Origin: Longimicrobiales bacterium
GTDB lineage: Bacteria; Gemmatimonadota; Gemmatimonadetes; Longimicrobiales; RSA9
Length of the DNA stretch: 64,000 nucleotides
NCBI GenBank assembly: GCA_035513575.1
Contig: DATKBW010000157.1
Coordinates: 14,831-78,830, forward strand
Direction of reading: 5' to 3'
A model generated the notes under the pieces. The model was not told the origin of the DNA. It did not search any database and saw nothing but the letters and a program-made list of their open reading frames with translations. Numbering within the stretch: the first letter of the stretch is position 1; every line of letters starts with the position of its first letter. A program made the position numbers and the translations under genes. Positions 1 to 8,718 of this stretch are shown one piece after another.

Positions 1-1
1 C

Positions 2-1231
2 GCCCCGCCGATCCTGTCCCGCTGTCAGCGCTTCGACTTCCGCCGGATCGGCGTGCCGGCCATCGTCGAGCGCCTCGGCCAGGTGCTCGCCAGTGAGGGG
101 GTCGAGACCGATGAGCAGGCGCTCCTGCTCCTGGCCCGGCGGGCCGAGGGCGGGATGCGGGACGCGCTCTCCCTGCTCGACCAGGCGCTGTCCTTCGCCG
201 GAGGGCGCCTGGCCGTGGAGGACATCCAGCGCATCCTCGGGCTCGTCGCGGATGAGGTCTACCTGGATCTCTTCGCCATCATCGCCGAGGGTCGGGTCGC
301 CGACGTGTTCCGGTTCGTCCAGGATGTCATCGAGGGCGGGCACGACCTGAGCGAGTTCTACCGCGGCCTCGCCGACGCCCTGCGCACGCTCCTCGTGGTC
401 CGCTTCGATGGCCCGGACGCGGCCGAGGTGCGCGACGACCTCCGCCCGCTCTGGCGCCAGCGCGCCGACGCCTTCTCCACGGGGGATCTGCTCCGCATGC
501 TCGCCCAGGTGGCGGAGCTCGACGCCGACGGCCGCTTCCGCAAGAGCACCCATCCGCGGGTCCTGCTGGAGGCCCTCCTCCTCCGCTTCGCCCATCTCCC
601 CCGCACCATCGAGATCGAGGAGCTCATCCGCGCGGCTGGCGGTGCCGAGCCGGCCCGGATCTCCGCGGCCACGGAGACCCTCACGGCGGCCCCGGCCCCG
701 GCCCCGCCGCCGCGCCGCTCCAGCACCGCCGCCAGGGGGGCGACCCCCGCCGCGGAGGCAAGGCCGGCACCCGCCACGCCGCCCGCGGCGGCACCCGCCA
801 CACCGCCCGGGGCCACACCCGCCGGGGCGCCGGCGGCCGCACCCGCCACACCGGCCGCGGCGGAGTCGGTGGAGCAGGCCCTGCGCGCGGTGGTGCAGGA
901 GGGGGGCGTGGGGCTCCCCGCGGGACTGGGACTCTTCCTGCGCAGCGCCAGGTTGGCCGGGGAGACCCGGGACAGCGCTTCGCTGGAGCTCCCGCCCGGC
1001 CCCGGGATCGACATGCTCGAGGATTCCAGGACGCGGAGAGCCCTCGAGGACGCACTCTCCGCGCGCGTCGGCCGCCCGCTTCGGCTCGAGGTCCGGGCCG
1101 CGGGTGCGGAAAATGCGCCCGGCCGCCTCACGCCCGAGGTCGTGCGGGAGGAACAGGTGCGCAAGCTGTCCCGGGAGGAACCGGCCCTGGACCGGGCGGT
1201 AAGAGAGTGGGACCTTGAATTGCTCGACTGA
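2..1231 (+). CDS. dnaX: DNA polymerase III subunit gamma/tau, C-terminal portion (5' end upstream of window)
   Basis: Open from the window edge in the frame of track ORF 53..1231. Translation reads APPILSRCQRFDFRRIGVPAIVERL...GGMRDALSLLDQ, then a Pro/Ala-rich linker and a C-terminal domain. Followed by the classic ybaB-recR neighbours. Confidence 0.9.
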   Translation, partial: APPILSRCQRFDFRRIGVPAIVERLGQVLASEGVETDEQALLLLARRAEGGMRDALSLLDQALSFAGGRLAVEDIQRILGLVADEVYLDLFAIIAEGRVADVFRFVQDVIEGGHDLSEFYRGLADALRTLLVVRFDGPDAAEVRDDLRPLWRQRADAFSTGDLLRMLAQVAELDADGRFRKSTHPRVLLEALLLRFAHLPRTIEIEELIRAAGGAEPARISAATETLTAAPAPAPPPRRSSTAARGATPAAEARPAPATPPAAAPATPPGATPAGAPAAAPATPAAAESVEQALRAVVQEGGVGLPAGLGLFLRSARLAGETRDSASLELPPGPGIDMLEDSRTRRALEDALSARVGRPLRLEVRAAGAENAPGRLTPEVVREEQVRKLSREEPALDRAVREWDLELLD

Positions 1232-1244
1232 GGGTGCCTATCTT
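1215..1244 (+). promoter_or_regulatory. sigma-70-like promoter candidate for ybaB-recR (TTGAAT-18 nt-TATCTT)
   Basis: TTGAAT at 1215-1220, 18-nt spacer, TATCTT at 1239-1244. Lies about 25 nt upstream of the ybaB ATG in a locally AT-richer stretch. Confidence 0.4.
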
Positions 1245-1268
1245 AGCCCCGTTTTTTTCCAGCGAGAG

Positions 1269-1592
1269 ATGACCAACTTCCAGCAGATCCTCCAGATGGG
1301 CCAGCAGATGCAGGCCCGTCTTTCGGAGCTCCAGACGGAGCTCGGCAAGCAGAGCGTCTCCTGCAGCAGCGGCGGGGGAATGGTGACCGTCACGGCGGAT
1401 GGACGGGGGCGGGTCCGGGAGATCCGGATCGACCCGTCCGTGGTGGACCCGTCGGACGTGGAGATGCTCGAGGACCTCGTCGTCGCGGCGGTGTCCGAGG
1501 CCCAGCAGCGGGCCGTGCAGCTCTACGAGGAAGAGATGAAGAAGCTGACCGGCGGGCTGTCGCTGCCGTTCCAGCTGCCCAACCTCCCCTGA
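1269..1592 (+). CDS. ybaB: nucleoid-associated protein YbaB/EbfC family
   Basis: MTNFQQILQMGQQMQARLSELQTEL...VTVTADGRGRVREIRIDPSVVDPSDVEMLEDLV is the typical YbaB pattern, about 107 aa, in dnaX-ybaB-recR synteny. ATG at 1269 preferred over the track's upstream alternative start at 1215. Confidence 0.9.
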   Translation: MTNFQQILQMGQQMQARLSELQTELGKQSVSCSSGGGMVTVTADGRGRVREIRIDPSVVDPSDVEMLEDLVVAAVSEAQQRAVQLYEEEMKKLTGGLSLPFQLPNLP

Positions 1593-1596
1593 CGGA

Positions 1597-2196
1597 ATGG
1601 GCGCGATCGAGGATCTGACGACGGAGCTCGCCCGTCTCCCGGGCATCGGCCGGAAGACGGCGCTGCGCCTGACGTATTTCCTCCTCAAGCGAACGCCGGA
1701 GGAGAGCCGGCGTCTCGCCCGAGCCATCGAGACCGTGGCCGAGCGGGTGCGCGCGTGCTCGCAATGCGGTAACCTGACGGAGTCGGATCCGTGCGACCTC
1801 TGCAAGGACGCGCGGCGTGACCCCCGCACCATCTGTGTCGTCGAAGACGTGGCAGACATCGGCGCCATCGAGAGAACGGGCGAGTACCGCGGGCTCTACC
1901 ACGTGCTCGGCGGCCATCTGTCCCCGCTGGAGGGCGTCGGTCCCGGCGAGCTGAACGTGGAGAGCTTGCTCCGGCGGCTCGCGCCCGCCGGCACGGGCGA
2001 TGGCGTGGATGAGCTGATCATCGCGACGAATCCGAGTGTCGAGGGGGAAGCCACCGCGCTCTACCTGCAGAAGCTGGTGGGCCCGCAGGGCGTGCGCGTC
2101 ACCCGCCTCGCGCGCGGGCTGCCCGTGGGCGGTGATCTCGAGTACGCCGATGGCGTCACCATCGCCGAGGCCCTCTCAGGACGGCGGGAGCTTTGA
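1597..2196 (+). CDS. recR: recombination protein RecR
   Basis: HhH LPGIGRKTALRL, C4 zinc finger CSQCGNLTESDPCDLC, Toprim ICVVEDVADIGAIERTGEYRGLYHVLGG. Confidence 0.95.
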   Translation: MGAIEDLTTELARLPGIGRKTALRLTYFLLKRTPEESRRLARAIETVAERVRACSQCGNLTESDPCDLCKDARRDPRTICVVEDVADIGAIERTGEYRGLYHVLGGHLSPLEGVGPGELNVESLLRRLAPAGTGDGVDELIIATNPSVEGEATALYLQKLVGPQGVRVTRLARGLPVGGDLEYADGVTIAEALSGRREL

Positions 2197-2200
2197 GCGG

Positions 2201-2521
2201 ATGAACACCAGGCAGATCCTGCGGATCACGGCAATCGGCCTCCTGGCGGCCGCCGGTGCGGCGGTGCTCGGGGTGGTCTTCGTGCGCGACCAGATCTCGC
2301 GGCACCGCCGCGACCTCTTCAGCTCGCGGCCCCTGCGCCGCCTGGCCGCTCTCGGCTACATCGCCGGCGCGCCGCCCACCGTGGACTCCGCCCGACTGCT
2401 CCGGGACTACATCGCCTGGGAGCGCCAGCCGCTGATCCGGCGTCAGGCGACGCAGGTGCTGACCAAGATGGAGCGCGCCCTCCAGGAGAACGCCCGGGTC
2501 TCGGGCGGGGTCGCCGGATGA
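2201..2521 (+). CDS. hypothetical membrane-anchored protein (single N-terminal TM helix, HEAT-like tail)
   Basis: ATG at 2201, 5 nt after the recR stop. ILRITAIGLLAAAGAAVLGVVFV is a hydrophobic helix. The stop overlaps the mglB start (ATGA at 2518-2521). Confidence 0.55.
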   Translation: MNTRQILRITAIGLLAAAGAAVLGVVFVRDQISRHRRDLFSSRPLRRLAALGYIAGAPPTVDSARLLRDYIAWERQPLIRRQATQVLTKMERALQENARVSGGVAG

Positions 2522-3006
2522 CCCGAAATCCCATCAGGGAGCTGGGCCCGGCCGACCTCGAGCGGATCAACGGCATTCTCGAGTCGTTCGTTTCCGAGAC
2601 GGGTGCGCGGTGCGCCCTGCTGCTCGACCGGGCCGGCCGCGCCGTGACCGCCTTCGGCGACACCGCCGACCTGGACGAGACCAGCTTCGCGTCCCTCGCG
2701 GCGGCCGATTTCGAGGCGAGCGACCAGCTCGCGGGTCTGCTGGGCGAGGACGAGTTCACCGCCCTGTATCACCAGGGCGCGGCCGGGTCCATGTACCTGG
2801 CGGACATCGGCGGCGCCGCCATCCTGGCGGCCGTCTTCGATCGGCGTACCACCCTCGGCATGGTCCGGCTCAAGACCCGCGCGGTCGTGCCGCAGCTCCT
2901 CGATCTGCTCGAGGAGCTCGGGCGGCGGCCGGAACGTAGCGGCGAGCGGCTGGAGGCCGGATGGCTGGATGACGCAGTGGACCAGATCGACCGGCTGTTC
3001 GGGTGA
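2518..3006 (+). CDS. mglB: Roadblock/LC7 domain protein, MglB-like GTPase-activating protein
   Basis: About 160 aa. Pattern [30 protein letters not shown]...[24 protein letters not shown]...[18 protein letters not shown] is typical Roadblock/LC7. Sits immediately upstream of mglA. Confidence 0.8.
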   Translation: MTRNPIRELGPADLERINGILESFVSETGARCALLLDRAGRAVTAFGDTADLDETSFASLAAADFEASDQLAGLLGEDEFTALYHQGAAGSMYLADIGGAAILAAVFDRRTTLGMVRLKTRAVVPQLLDLLEELGRRPERSGERLEAGWLDDAVDQIDRLFG

Positions 3007-3022
3007 GGACGGGAGGCGGATC

Positions 3023-3601
3023 ATGTCGATGATCAACTACGCCAGCCGCGAGATCAACTGCAAGATCGTCTATTATGGCTCCGGCCTCTGCGGCAAGACG
3101 ACGAACCTGGAGTACGTCTACAAAAAGGTGAACCCGGAGACCAGGGGAAAGATGATCTCCCTGGCCACGGAGAACGAGCGGACGCTCTTTTTCGACTTCC
3201 TCCCCGTAGACCTGGGCACCATCCGCGGCTTCAAGACCCGCTTCCACCTCTACACCGTCCCCGGCCAGGTCTATTACAACGCCAGCCGCCGACTCATCCT
3301 CAAGGGCGTCGACGGGATCGTGTTCGTGGCCGACTCACAGGTGGAACGCATGGATGCCAACCTCGCCTCCATGCAGAACCTCTACGAGAACCTGGCCGAC
3401 TACGGCTACGATCCCCGCCAGCTGCCCATGGTCCTCCAGTACAACAAGCGCGACCTCGGCAACATCGTCGCCATGGACGAGCTCAGCGCCCAGCTGAATT
3501 CCGGCGAGCTGCAGGAGTTCGAGGCCGTCGCCACGGAAGGGGAGGGGGTCTTCGACACGCTGCGCGCCGTCAGCAAACAGGTCATCAAGGCCCTCAGCTG
3601 A
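3023..3601 (+). CDS. mglA: Ras-like small GTPase MglA
   Basis: [29 protein letters not shown] (P-loop), YTVPGQVYY (MglA-type G3 with Thr instead of Asp), QYNKRDL (G4). GGGAGG lies upstream of the ATG at 3023. Confidence 0.93.
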   Translation: MSMINYASREINCKIVYYGSGLCGKTTNLEYVYKKVNPETRGKMISLATENERTLFFDFLPVDLGTIRGFKTRFHLYTVPGQVYYNASRRLILKGVDGIVFVADSQVERMDANLASMQNLYENLADYGYDPRQLPMVLQYNKRDLGNIVAMDELSAQLNSGELQEFEAVATEGEGVFDTLRAVSKQVIKALS

Positions 3602-3606
3602 CCCGT

Positions 3607-4260
3607 ATGCCCATCCTCCAGGCCCGCACCATCCCGAACGTCATTACCGTCGGGCGCATCCTCGTGGCGCCCGCCGTTTTCATCCTGATCCTCACTCCGG
3701 GCTTCTGGCCGCGCCTGGTCGCGTTCGCCCTGTTCCTGATCGCCGCCTTCTCCGACCTCATCGACGGCCACCTCGCCCGCAAGCACGGCTGGATCTCCGA
3801 TTTCGGCAAGCTCATGGACCCGCTCGCCGACAAGCTCCTGCTAGTCGCCACGTTCCTCCCCTTCTACATCGTTTCCCACCGTCCCGGCCCCGCGGGTCAC
3901 CTGCCGTACTGGGGGGAGCTACCCCTGTGGCTCATCGTCGTCATATTCGGCCGCGAGCTGGTGGTCACGGTGGTGCGCCAGCTCGAGGCCCAACGCGGCA
4001 GGGTCATCCCTGCGGGCACGGCGGGAAAGTACAAAACGGTGTTCCAGAACATCTTCAGCGGCTCCGCGATCTTCTGGTACGCCCTGCGGGACCGGGCCGC
4101 GGAGCGCGGCTGGACGGGGACGGCCTGGGAGCACTGGCAGGGTCTGCTCCACGGCCCGGTGGTCGCCATCTCCCTCCTGATCGCTCTCCTGCTGACGGTC
4201 TATTCGATGATCGTCTACTTCCGGAGCTGGCGCGCCCTCCCGCCCGGGTCGCCGTCGTGA
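3607..4260 (+). CDS. pgsA: CDP-diacylglycerol--glycerol-3-phosphate 3-phosphatidyltransferase
   Basis: CDP-alcohol phosphatidyltransferase motif SDLIDGHLARKHGWISDFGKLMDPLADKLL. Multiple hydrophobic helices. Confidence 0.85.
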   Translation: MPILQARTIPNVITVGRILVAPAVFILILTPGFWPRLVAFALFLIAAFSDLIDGHLARKHGWISDFGKLMDPLADKLLLVATFLPFYIVSHRPGPAGHLPYWGELPLWLIVVIFGRELVVTVVRQLEAQRGRVIPAGTAGKYKTVFQNIFSGSAIFWYALRDRAAERGWTGTAWEHWQGLLHGPVVAISLLIALLLTVYSMIVYFRSWRALPPGSPS

Positions 4261-4268
4261 CCGCCGAA

Positions 4269-4736
4269 ATGGCGGCGCGACTGGGGGAAAGGCTCGCCCG
4301 TCAGGGCTTCACGCTCGCCGTCGCCGAGAGTTGTAGCGGCGGCCTCCTCGCGGCCCGGCTCACGGACGGTGACGGTGCCTCCCGTTTCTTTCTGGCGGGG
4401 CTCACGACATACTCGAACGCGGCGAAGACCGCGCTGCTGGGGGTGCCTCCCGAAGACCTCGCCGCCCACGGGGCCGTGTCCGAGCGGGTGGCGCGGGCCA
4501 TGGCGGAGGGAGCACGGCGGGCGACGGGAGCGGACGCCGCCCTGGCCGTGACCGGGGTTGCGGGCCCGGGCGGAGGGACCCCCGAGAAGCCGGTCGGGAT
4601 GGTCTGGATCGCGGCGGCCCTCGGGGACCGGGTGGAGGCCCGGCGCTTCTCCTTCGCCGGCGACCGCGCCGCCGTTCGGACGGCGTCGGTCACCGCCGCG
4701 CTGGGGCTGCTGGACGCGCTGCTCGAGGAGGGGTGA
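4269..4736 (+). CDS. CinA-family C-terminal domain protein / nicotinamide-nucleotide amidohydrolase PncC-like
   Basis: FTLAVAESCSGGLLAARLTD...GLTTYSNAAKTALLGV...AVSERVARAMAEGAR...ALAVTGVAGPGGGTPEKPVGMVWI is the CinA C-terminal pattern. Start is ATG 4269, or GTG 4257 overlapping the pgsA stop. Confidence 0.8.
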   Translation: MAARLGERLARQGFTLAVAESCSGGLLAARLTDGDGASRFFLAGLTTYSNAAKTALLGVPPEDLAAHGAVSERVARAMAEGARRATGADAALAVTGVAGPGGGTPEKPVGMVWIAAALGDRVEARRFSFAGDRAAVRTASVTAALGLLDALLEEG

Positions 4737-5584
4737 TGCCAGGTACCATGCAGCAGAACCACGGCTATCTCGAAGGCGTCGGCCGGATCCGTCTCCACTA
4801 CCGTACGTGGGAGATCCCGGAGCCGGAGGCCGCGATCCTCGTCGTCCACGGCATGTTCGAGCACGGCGGTCGCTACGCCGGGGTGGGCGAGAGCATGGCG
4901 GCGTCGGGATTCTCCACGTTCGCCGTGGACCTGCGCGGCCACGGCTCCTCCGAGGGGCGTCGCGGCCACATCGCCCGGTTCGACGTGCTGCTCCAGGACC
5001 TGGACCGGTTCCGACGCGAAGTGCAGGGGCTCGTCCCCGTCGGCGTCCCGTTCTTCCTCCTCGGCCACTCCATGGGAGGCCTGGTGGGGCTCCGCTATCT
5101 CGAGGAATACGACGTGCCATTCGCCGGCGCCGTCTTCACCTCCCCCTGGCTCGGCACCGCCTACGACGCCCCCCGGTGGAAGGTCATGATGGGGACCGTC
5201 TTCAACCACGTGCTGCCCGCGTTCCCCTTCACCGTTCAGATCGATCCCGCCGATCTCACCCACGACGAAGAGCGCGCCGCCGACTACGCGGACGACCCGC
5301 AGATCCATTCCACCATCACGCCGCGCATGTTCTCCGAGCTCTCCGGCGCCATCGAGACCGCGTTCCGGCGTGGCGACCGCATCACCGTCCCGATCCTCTT
5401 CCTCCTCGGCGGCGACGATACCCTCGTCTCCACCGAGCGCAGCCTCGCCTTCGCGCGCATGCTTCCGGCCCAGCGCGTCGACGTCGAGATCCTCGAGAAC
5501 ATGCGCCACGAGGTCCTCCAGGAGCGAGGCCGGGCGGCCATCATCTCCGAGATCCGCGACTGGATCACCGCCCACCTCCCGTGA
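4733..5584 (+). CDS. alpha/beta hydrolase (lysophospholipase/monoacylglycerol lipase-like)
   Basis: HGMFEHGGRY, nucleophile elbow GHSMGG, C-terminal ENMRHEV (His). Start is GTG 4733 or ATG 4736, overlapping the upstream stop. Confidence 0.8.
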   Translation: MMPGTMQQNHGYLEGVGRIRLHYRTWEIPEPEAAILVVHGMFEHGGRYAGVGESMAASGFSTFAVDLRGHGSSEGRRGHIARFDVLLQDLDRFRREVQGLVPVGVPFFLLGHSMGGLVGLRYLEEYDVPFAGAVFTSPWLGTAYDAPRWKVMMGTVFNHVLPAFPFTVQIDPADLTHDEERAADYADDPQIHSTITPRMFSELSGAIETAFRRGDRITVPILFLLGGDDTLVSTERSLAFARMLPAQRVDVEILENMRHEVLQERGRAAIISEIRDWITAHLP

Positions 5585-5599
5585 CTGCCGATGCGGCAG
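5585..5599 (+). terminator. short hairpin after the hydrolase gene (CTGCCG-ATG-CGGCAG, then TT)
   Basis: Perfect 6-bp stem and 3-nt loop immediately after the stop codon. The T tail is only 2 nt, so this is a weak terminator candidate. Confidence 0.2.
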
Positions 5600-5662
5600 T
5601 TGGCACCGGCATCCCGATTGCACCCGAGTCCAGCAACCGCGGAACCTGCCAGGGGATGAGAG

Positions 5663-6247
5663 ATGAGTGAAGACATGGGACCCAGGGACGACCGTGAGGC
5701 CGGGGCGGAGGAGAGCGGGCAGGAGCACGCCGCCCTCCAGGTCCAGCCGGAGGGGGAAGGGGAGGAGGCGTCGCGGAGCGCGGAGGTGGAGGAGCTTCGG
5801 GGCGAGCTGGACTCCCTCAACGACCGGCATCTGCGGCTGGCAGCCGAGTTCGACAACTACCGCAAGCGCAACGAACGTGACCGTCACGCGCTGGCCGCGC
5901 GGCTCCAGGTGGACCTGGTGCGACCCATGCTCGATGTCCTGGATGATCTCGAGCGCGTGATCGAGAGCGGGGCCGCGGCGGACGCGGACGCGCTCACGGA
6001 TGGCGTGCGGCTGGTGGAGAAGAAGCTCCGGGGTGCGCTGGAGGCGGCGGGGCTGGAGTCGCTGGACGCGGACGGCCAGCCGTTCGATCCCGCGGTCATG
6101 GAGGCGCTGATGACGGTGCCCACGGCGGACCCGGCGGAGGACGACCGGGTCGCGGACGTGTTCCAGAAGGGCTATCGCTTCGGTGGCACGCTGGTGCGCC
6201 CCGCGCGGGTTCGCGTGCTCAAGTACGACGAGACCGCGGGCGAGTAG
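5663..6247 (+). CDS. grpE: nucleotide exchange factor GrpE
   Basis: LRLAAEFDNYRKRNERD...LDVLDDLERV...QKGYRFGGTLVRPARVRV is the GrpE signature. Followed by dnaJ. Confidence 0.93.
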   Translation: MSEDMGPRDDREAGAEESGQEHAALQVQPEGEGEEASRSAEVEELRGELDSLNDRHLRLAAEFDNYRKRNERDRHALAARLQVDLVRPMLDVLDDLERVIESGAAADADALTDGVRLVEKKLRGALEAAGLESLDADGQPFDPAVMEALMTVPTADPAEDDRVADVFQKGYRFGGTLVRPARVRVLKYDETAGE

Positions 6248-6252
6248 GCGCC

Positions 6253-7368
6253 ATGGCGGCGGCGACGTCCAAGGACTACTACCAGATTCTCGGGATCTCC
6301 GAGGGCGCCGACGCTCCGGAGATCAAGAAGTCGTACCGGAAGCTCGCGAAGCAGTACCATCCGGACGCGAACCAGAACGACCCCCGGGCCGCCGAGCGCT
6401 TCAAGGAGGTCGGCGAGGCCTACGCGGTCCTGTCCAACCCGGCCAAGCGCAAGCAGTACGACCAGATGCGCCGGATGGGCCCGTTCGCCGGCTTCCGGGG
6501 CGGCGCGGGGGGCGGAGGCGGGGGATTCGGCGGCACGGAGGGGATCCGCTTCTCCACCGAGGACCTCGGGGACCTGGGGGGGCTCGGCGATCTCTTCAGC
6601 TCCATCTTCGACTTCGGCCGGAAGCGGCGCCCCAGGAGCGGACCGGAGCGCGGGACGGACCTGGAGTACACGGTCGAGGTCCACTTCGAGACCGCGGCCC
6701 GTGGCGGCACGCTCGCCGTGGCGGTCCCGGTGACGGACGAATGCGCCACGTGCGGCGGGTCCGGCGCGGCGCCGGGTGCGCGCCTGGTCACGTGCGTCGA
6801 GTGTGGCGGATCGGGCACGGTGTCCTTCGGCCAGGGCGGGTTCGCCGTGAACCGGCCATGTCCCGCCTGCTACGGTCGCGGGCAGATCCCGGCGGCGCCC
6901 TGTCCGACGTGCGCCGGAACCGGGCAGGTCCGGCAGGAGCGGCAGATCCGCCTCAAGATCCCGCCGGGCGTGGATACCGGTACGAAGATGCGCCTGAGCG
7001 GCCAGGGACAGCGGGGACAGGCGGGGGGCTCCGCGGGCGACCTGCTGATCACGTTCCAGGTGCAGCCCCACCGGTTCTTCCGCCGGAAGGGACTGGACAT
7101 CCACGTGACGGTGCCGGTCAACATCGCGCAGGCGGCGCTGGGATCCCGGATCCGGGTGCGCACCGTCGATGGCAGGAAGGTCTCGCTCAAGGTCCCCCCG
7201 GGCACGCAGTCGGGCACGCGCTTCCGCATCCCGGGGCAGGGGATCGAGAAGGGTGGGGCCCGCGGGGATCAGTACGTGCAGGTCAAGATCACCGTCCCCG
7301 AGCACCTGGACGAAGACGAGGCGCGGCTGATGAAGCAGTTTGCGGAAGCCGCCGAACTGAAGTACTGA
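6253..7368 (+). CDS. dnaJ: molecular chaperone DnaJ
   Basis: J domain DYYQILGISEGADAPEIKKSYRKLAKQYHPD, a Gly-rich region, and four CxxCxGxG zinc-finger repeats (CATCGGSG, CVECGGSG, CPACYGRG, CPTCAGTG). Confidence 0.93.
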   Translation: MAAATSKDYYQILGISEGADAPEIKKSYRKLAKQYHPDANQNDPRAAERFKEVGEAYAVLSNPAKRKQYDQMRRMGPFAGFRGGAGGGGGGFGGTEGIRFSTEDLGDLGGLGDLFSSIFDFGRKRRPRSGPERGTDLEYTVEVHFETAARGGTLAVAVPVTDECATCGGSGAAPGARLVTCVECGGSGTVSFGQGGFAVNRPCPACYGRGQIPAAPCPTCAGTGQVRQERQIRLKIPPGVDTGTKMRLSGQGQRGQAGGSAGDLLITFQVQPHRFFRRKGLDIHVTVPVNIAQAALGSRIRVRTVDGRKVSLKVPPGTQSGTRFRIPGQGIEKGGARGDQYVQVKITVPEHLDEDEARLMKQFAEAAELKY

Positions 7369-7377
7369 GGTGGCGTG

Positions 7378-7611
7378 ATGTCGCGGACGATCCAGGACGC
7401 CAATCTCGAGATATGGGAAGCCTACGCGTCGGCCGGCGAGTTCGGGTTCCCCGAGCGGTCAAAGATCCTGTTCCACTGCCTGTCCGATCGGACGCGCCGG
7501 GCCCGGGCACTCCAGCGGGAAGAGGACAGGGCGGCCGTGGAGCACGCGGTCGCGACGCTTTCGGACGCGGAGCTGATGACGCTCCTGGAGCGGGCGACGG
7601 ACGTGAAGTAG
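7378..7611 (+). CDS. hypothetical small protein
   Basis: 77-aa ORF starting 10 nt after dnaJ (ATG 7378, GTG 7375 also possible). No motif recognised. Coding-like composition. Confidence 0.4.
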   Translation: MSRTIQDANLEIWEAYASAGEFGFPERSKILFHCLSDRTRRARALQREEDRAAVEHAVATLSDAELMTLLERATDVK

Positions 7612-7632
7612 GCGACGGCCCGCACCGCCGGC

Positions 7633-8718
7633 TCAGCGGATCCGCCCACCCCCGATGAGCGTCTCGCCGCGATAGAGCGCCCCGGACTGGCCGGGCGTGA
7701 GGGCGTTCTGCGGTGGGCGCAGGCGCAGACGGAGCCCGGCGTCGTCGACCGACAGGACCTCGGCCGCGACGAGGGCGCCGCGGTGCCGGAGCCGCACGGT
7801 CAGCCGCTCGCCGACGGACGGCCGCGCGGCCAGCCAGTTCGGGTCTCCGAGGCCGACCTCGTCCCGCGCCAGCCGGGACGCGTCGCCCACCACGACCTCG
7901 TTGCTGGCCGTACGAACGCCGAGGACGTAGAGGCGGCGGCCGAAGCCGCCGCCGAGCCCCTTCCGCTGGCCGACGGTGTAGCGCGCGTACCCCCCGTGCA
8001 TCCCCAGCTCCTCCCCCGCCGGCCCGACCATCCGACCCGGGCTCAGGGCGGGGTGGTCGGGACCCAGGCGATCCGCGAGGAAGTCGGTGTAGTCGTCAGT
8101 GGGCACGAAACAGATCTCCTGGGACTCCGGTTTCTCCGCCGTCCCGAGCCCCAGGGCGCGGGCGCGGTCCCGTACCTCCGGCTTCGTGAGCTCTCCCACG
8201 GGGAAATCCACGTGCGCGAGCACGCCCGGGGGCACGCCCCACAGGAAGTAGGACTGGTCCTTCCGGGCATCGACACCCCGGAGCAGCATCGGCGGGGCGC
8301 CGTTCTCCCGGCGGATCCGCGCGTAATGGCCGGTGGCGATGAGATCTGCGCCCAGGGCCCGGCCCCGGCGGAGCAGGTCCGGGATCTTCGTGTTGGAGTT
8401 GCAGCGGACGCACGGGTTCGGGGTCCGCCCGGCCAGGTACTCGGCCACGAAGTCGTCCATGACCGCGCGGCCGAACGACTCTTCCATGTCGAAGACGTAA
8501 TGGGGGATGTCCAGCTGGTCGGCCACCCGGCGCGCGTCCATGATGCCGTCCAGCCCGCAGCAGGTGCGTCCGCGGGCGGGCGTCTCGGCGTAGCAGAATG
8601 TCTTCATGGTCGCGCCGATGACCCGGTAGCCCCGCTCCACGAGCAGCGCCGCGGCCACGGAGCTATCCACGCCGCCCGACATGGCGACGAGCACCGTTTC
8701 GCGCCGGGGTCCGCTCAT
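7633..8718 (-). CDS. mnmA: tRNA 2-thiouridine(34) synthase MnmA
   Basis: PP-loop VAMSGGVDSSVAA, NPCVRCN, DQSYFL, PESQEICF. ATG at 8718 chosen. The longer track ORF extension is Arg/Pro-rich and overlaps iscS. Confidence 0.93.
   Translation of the reverse strand: MSGPRRETVLVAMSGGVDSSVAAALLVERGYRVIGATMKTFCYAETPARGRTCCGLDGIMDARRVADQLDIPHYVFDMEESFGRAVMDDFVAEYLAGRTPNPCVRCNSNTKIPDLLRRGRALGADLIATGHYARIRRENGAPPMLLRGVDARKDQSYFLWGVPPGVLAHVDFPVGELTKPEVRDRARALGLGTAEKPESQEICFVPTDDYTDFLADRLGPDHPALSPGRMVGPAGEELGMHGGYARYTVGQRKGLGGGFGRRLYVLGVRTASNEVVVGDASRLARDEVGLGDPNWLAARPSVGERLTVRLRHRGALVAAEVLSVDDAGLRLRLRPPQNALTPGQSGALYRGETLIGGGRIR

Noticed and set aside
5600-5629. TGGCAC...TTGCA (a sigma-54-like look) and TTGGCA-17-CCCGAGT (a sigma-32-like look) upstream of grpE-dnaJ.
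   Set aside because: TGGCAC and TTGCA are separated by 11 nt instead of about 5, so the GG/GC spacing is wrong for sigma-54. CCCGAGT matches only part of the CCCCATnT heat-shock -10. No CIRCE inverted repeat was seen either. This is not enough to call a promoter class.
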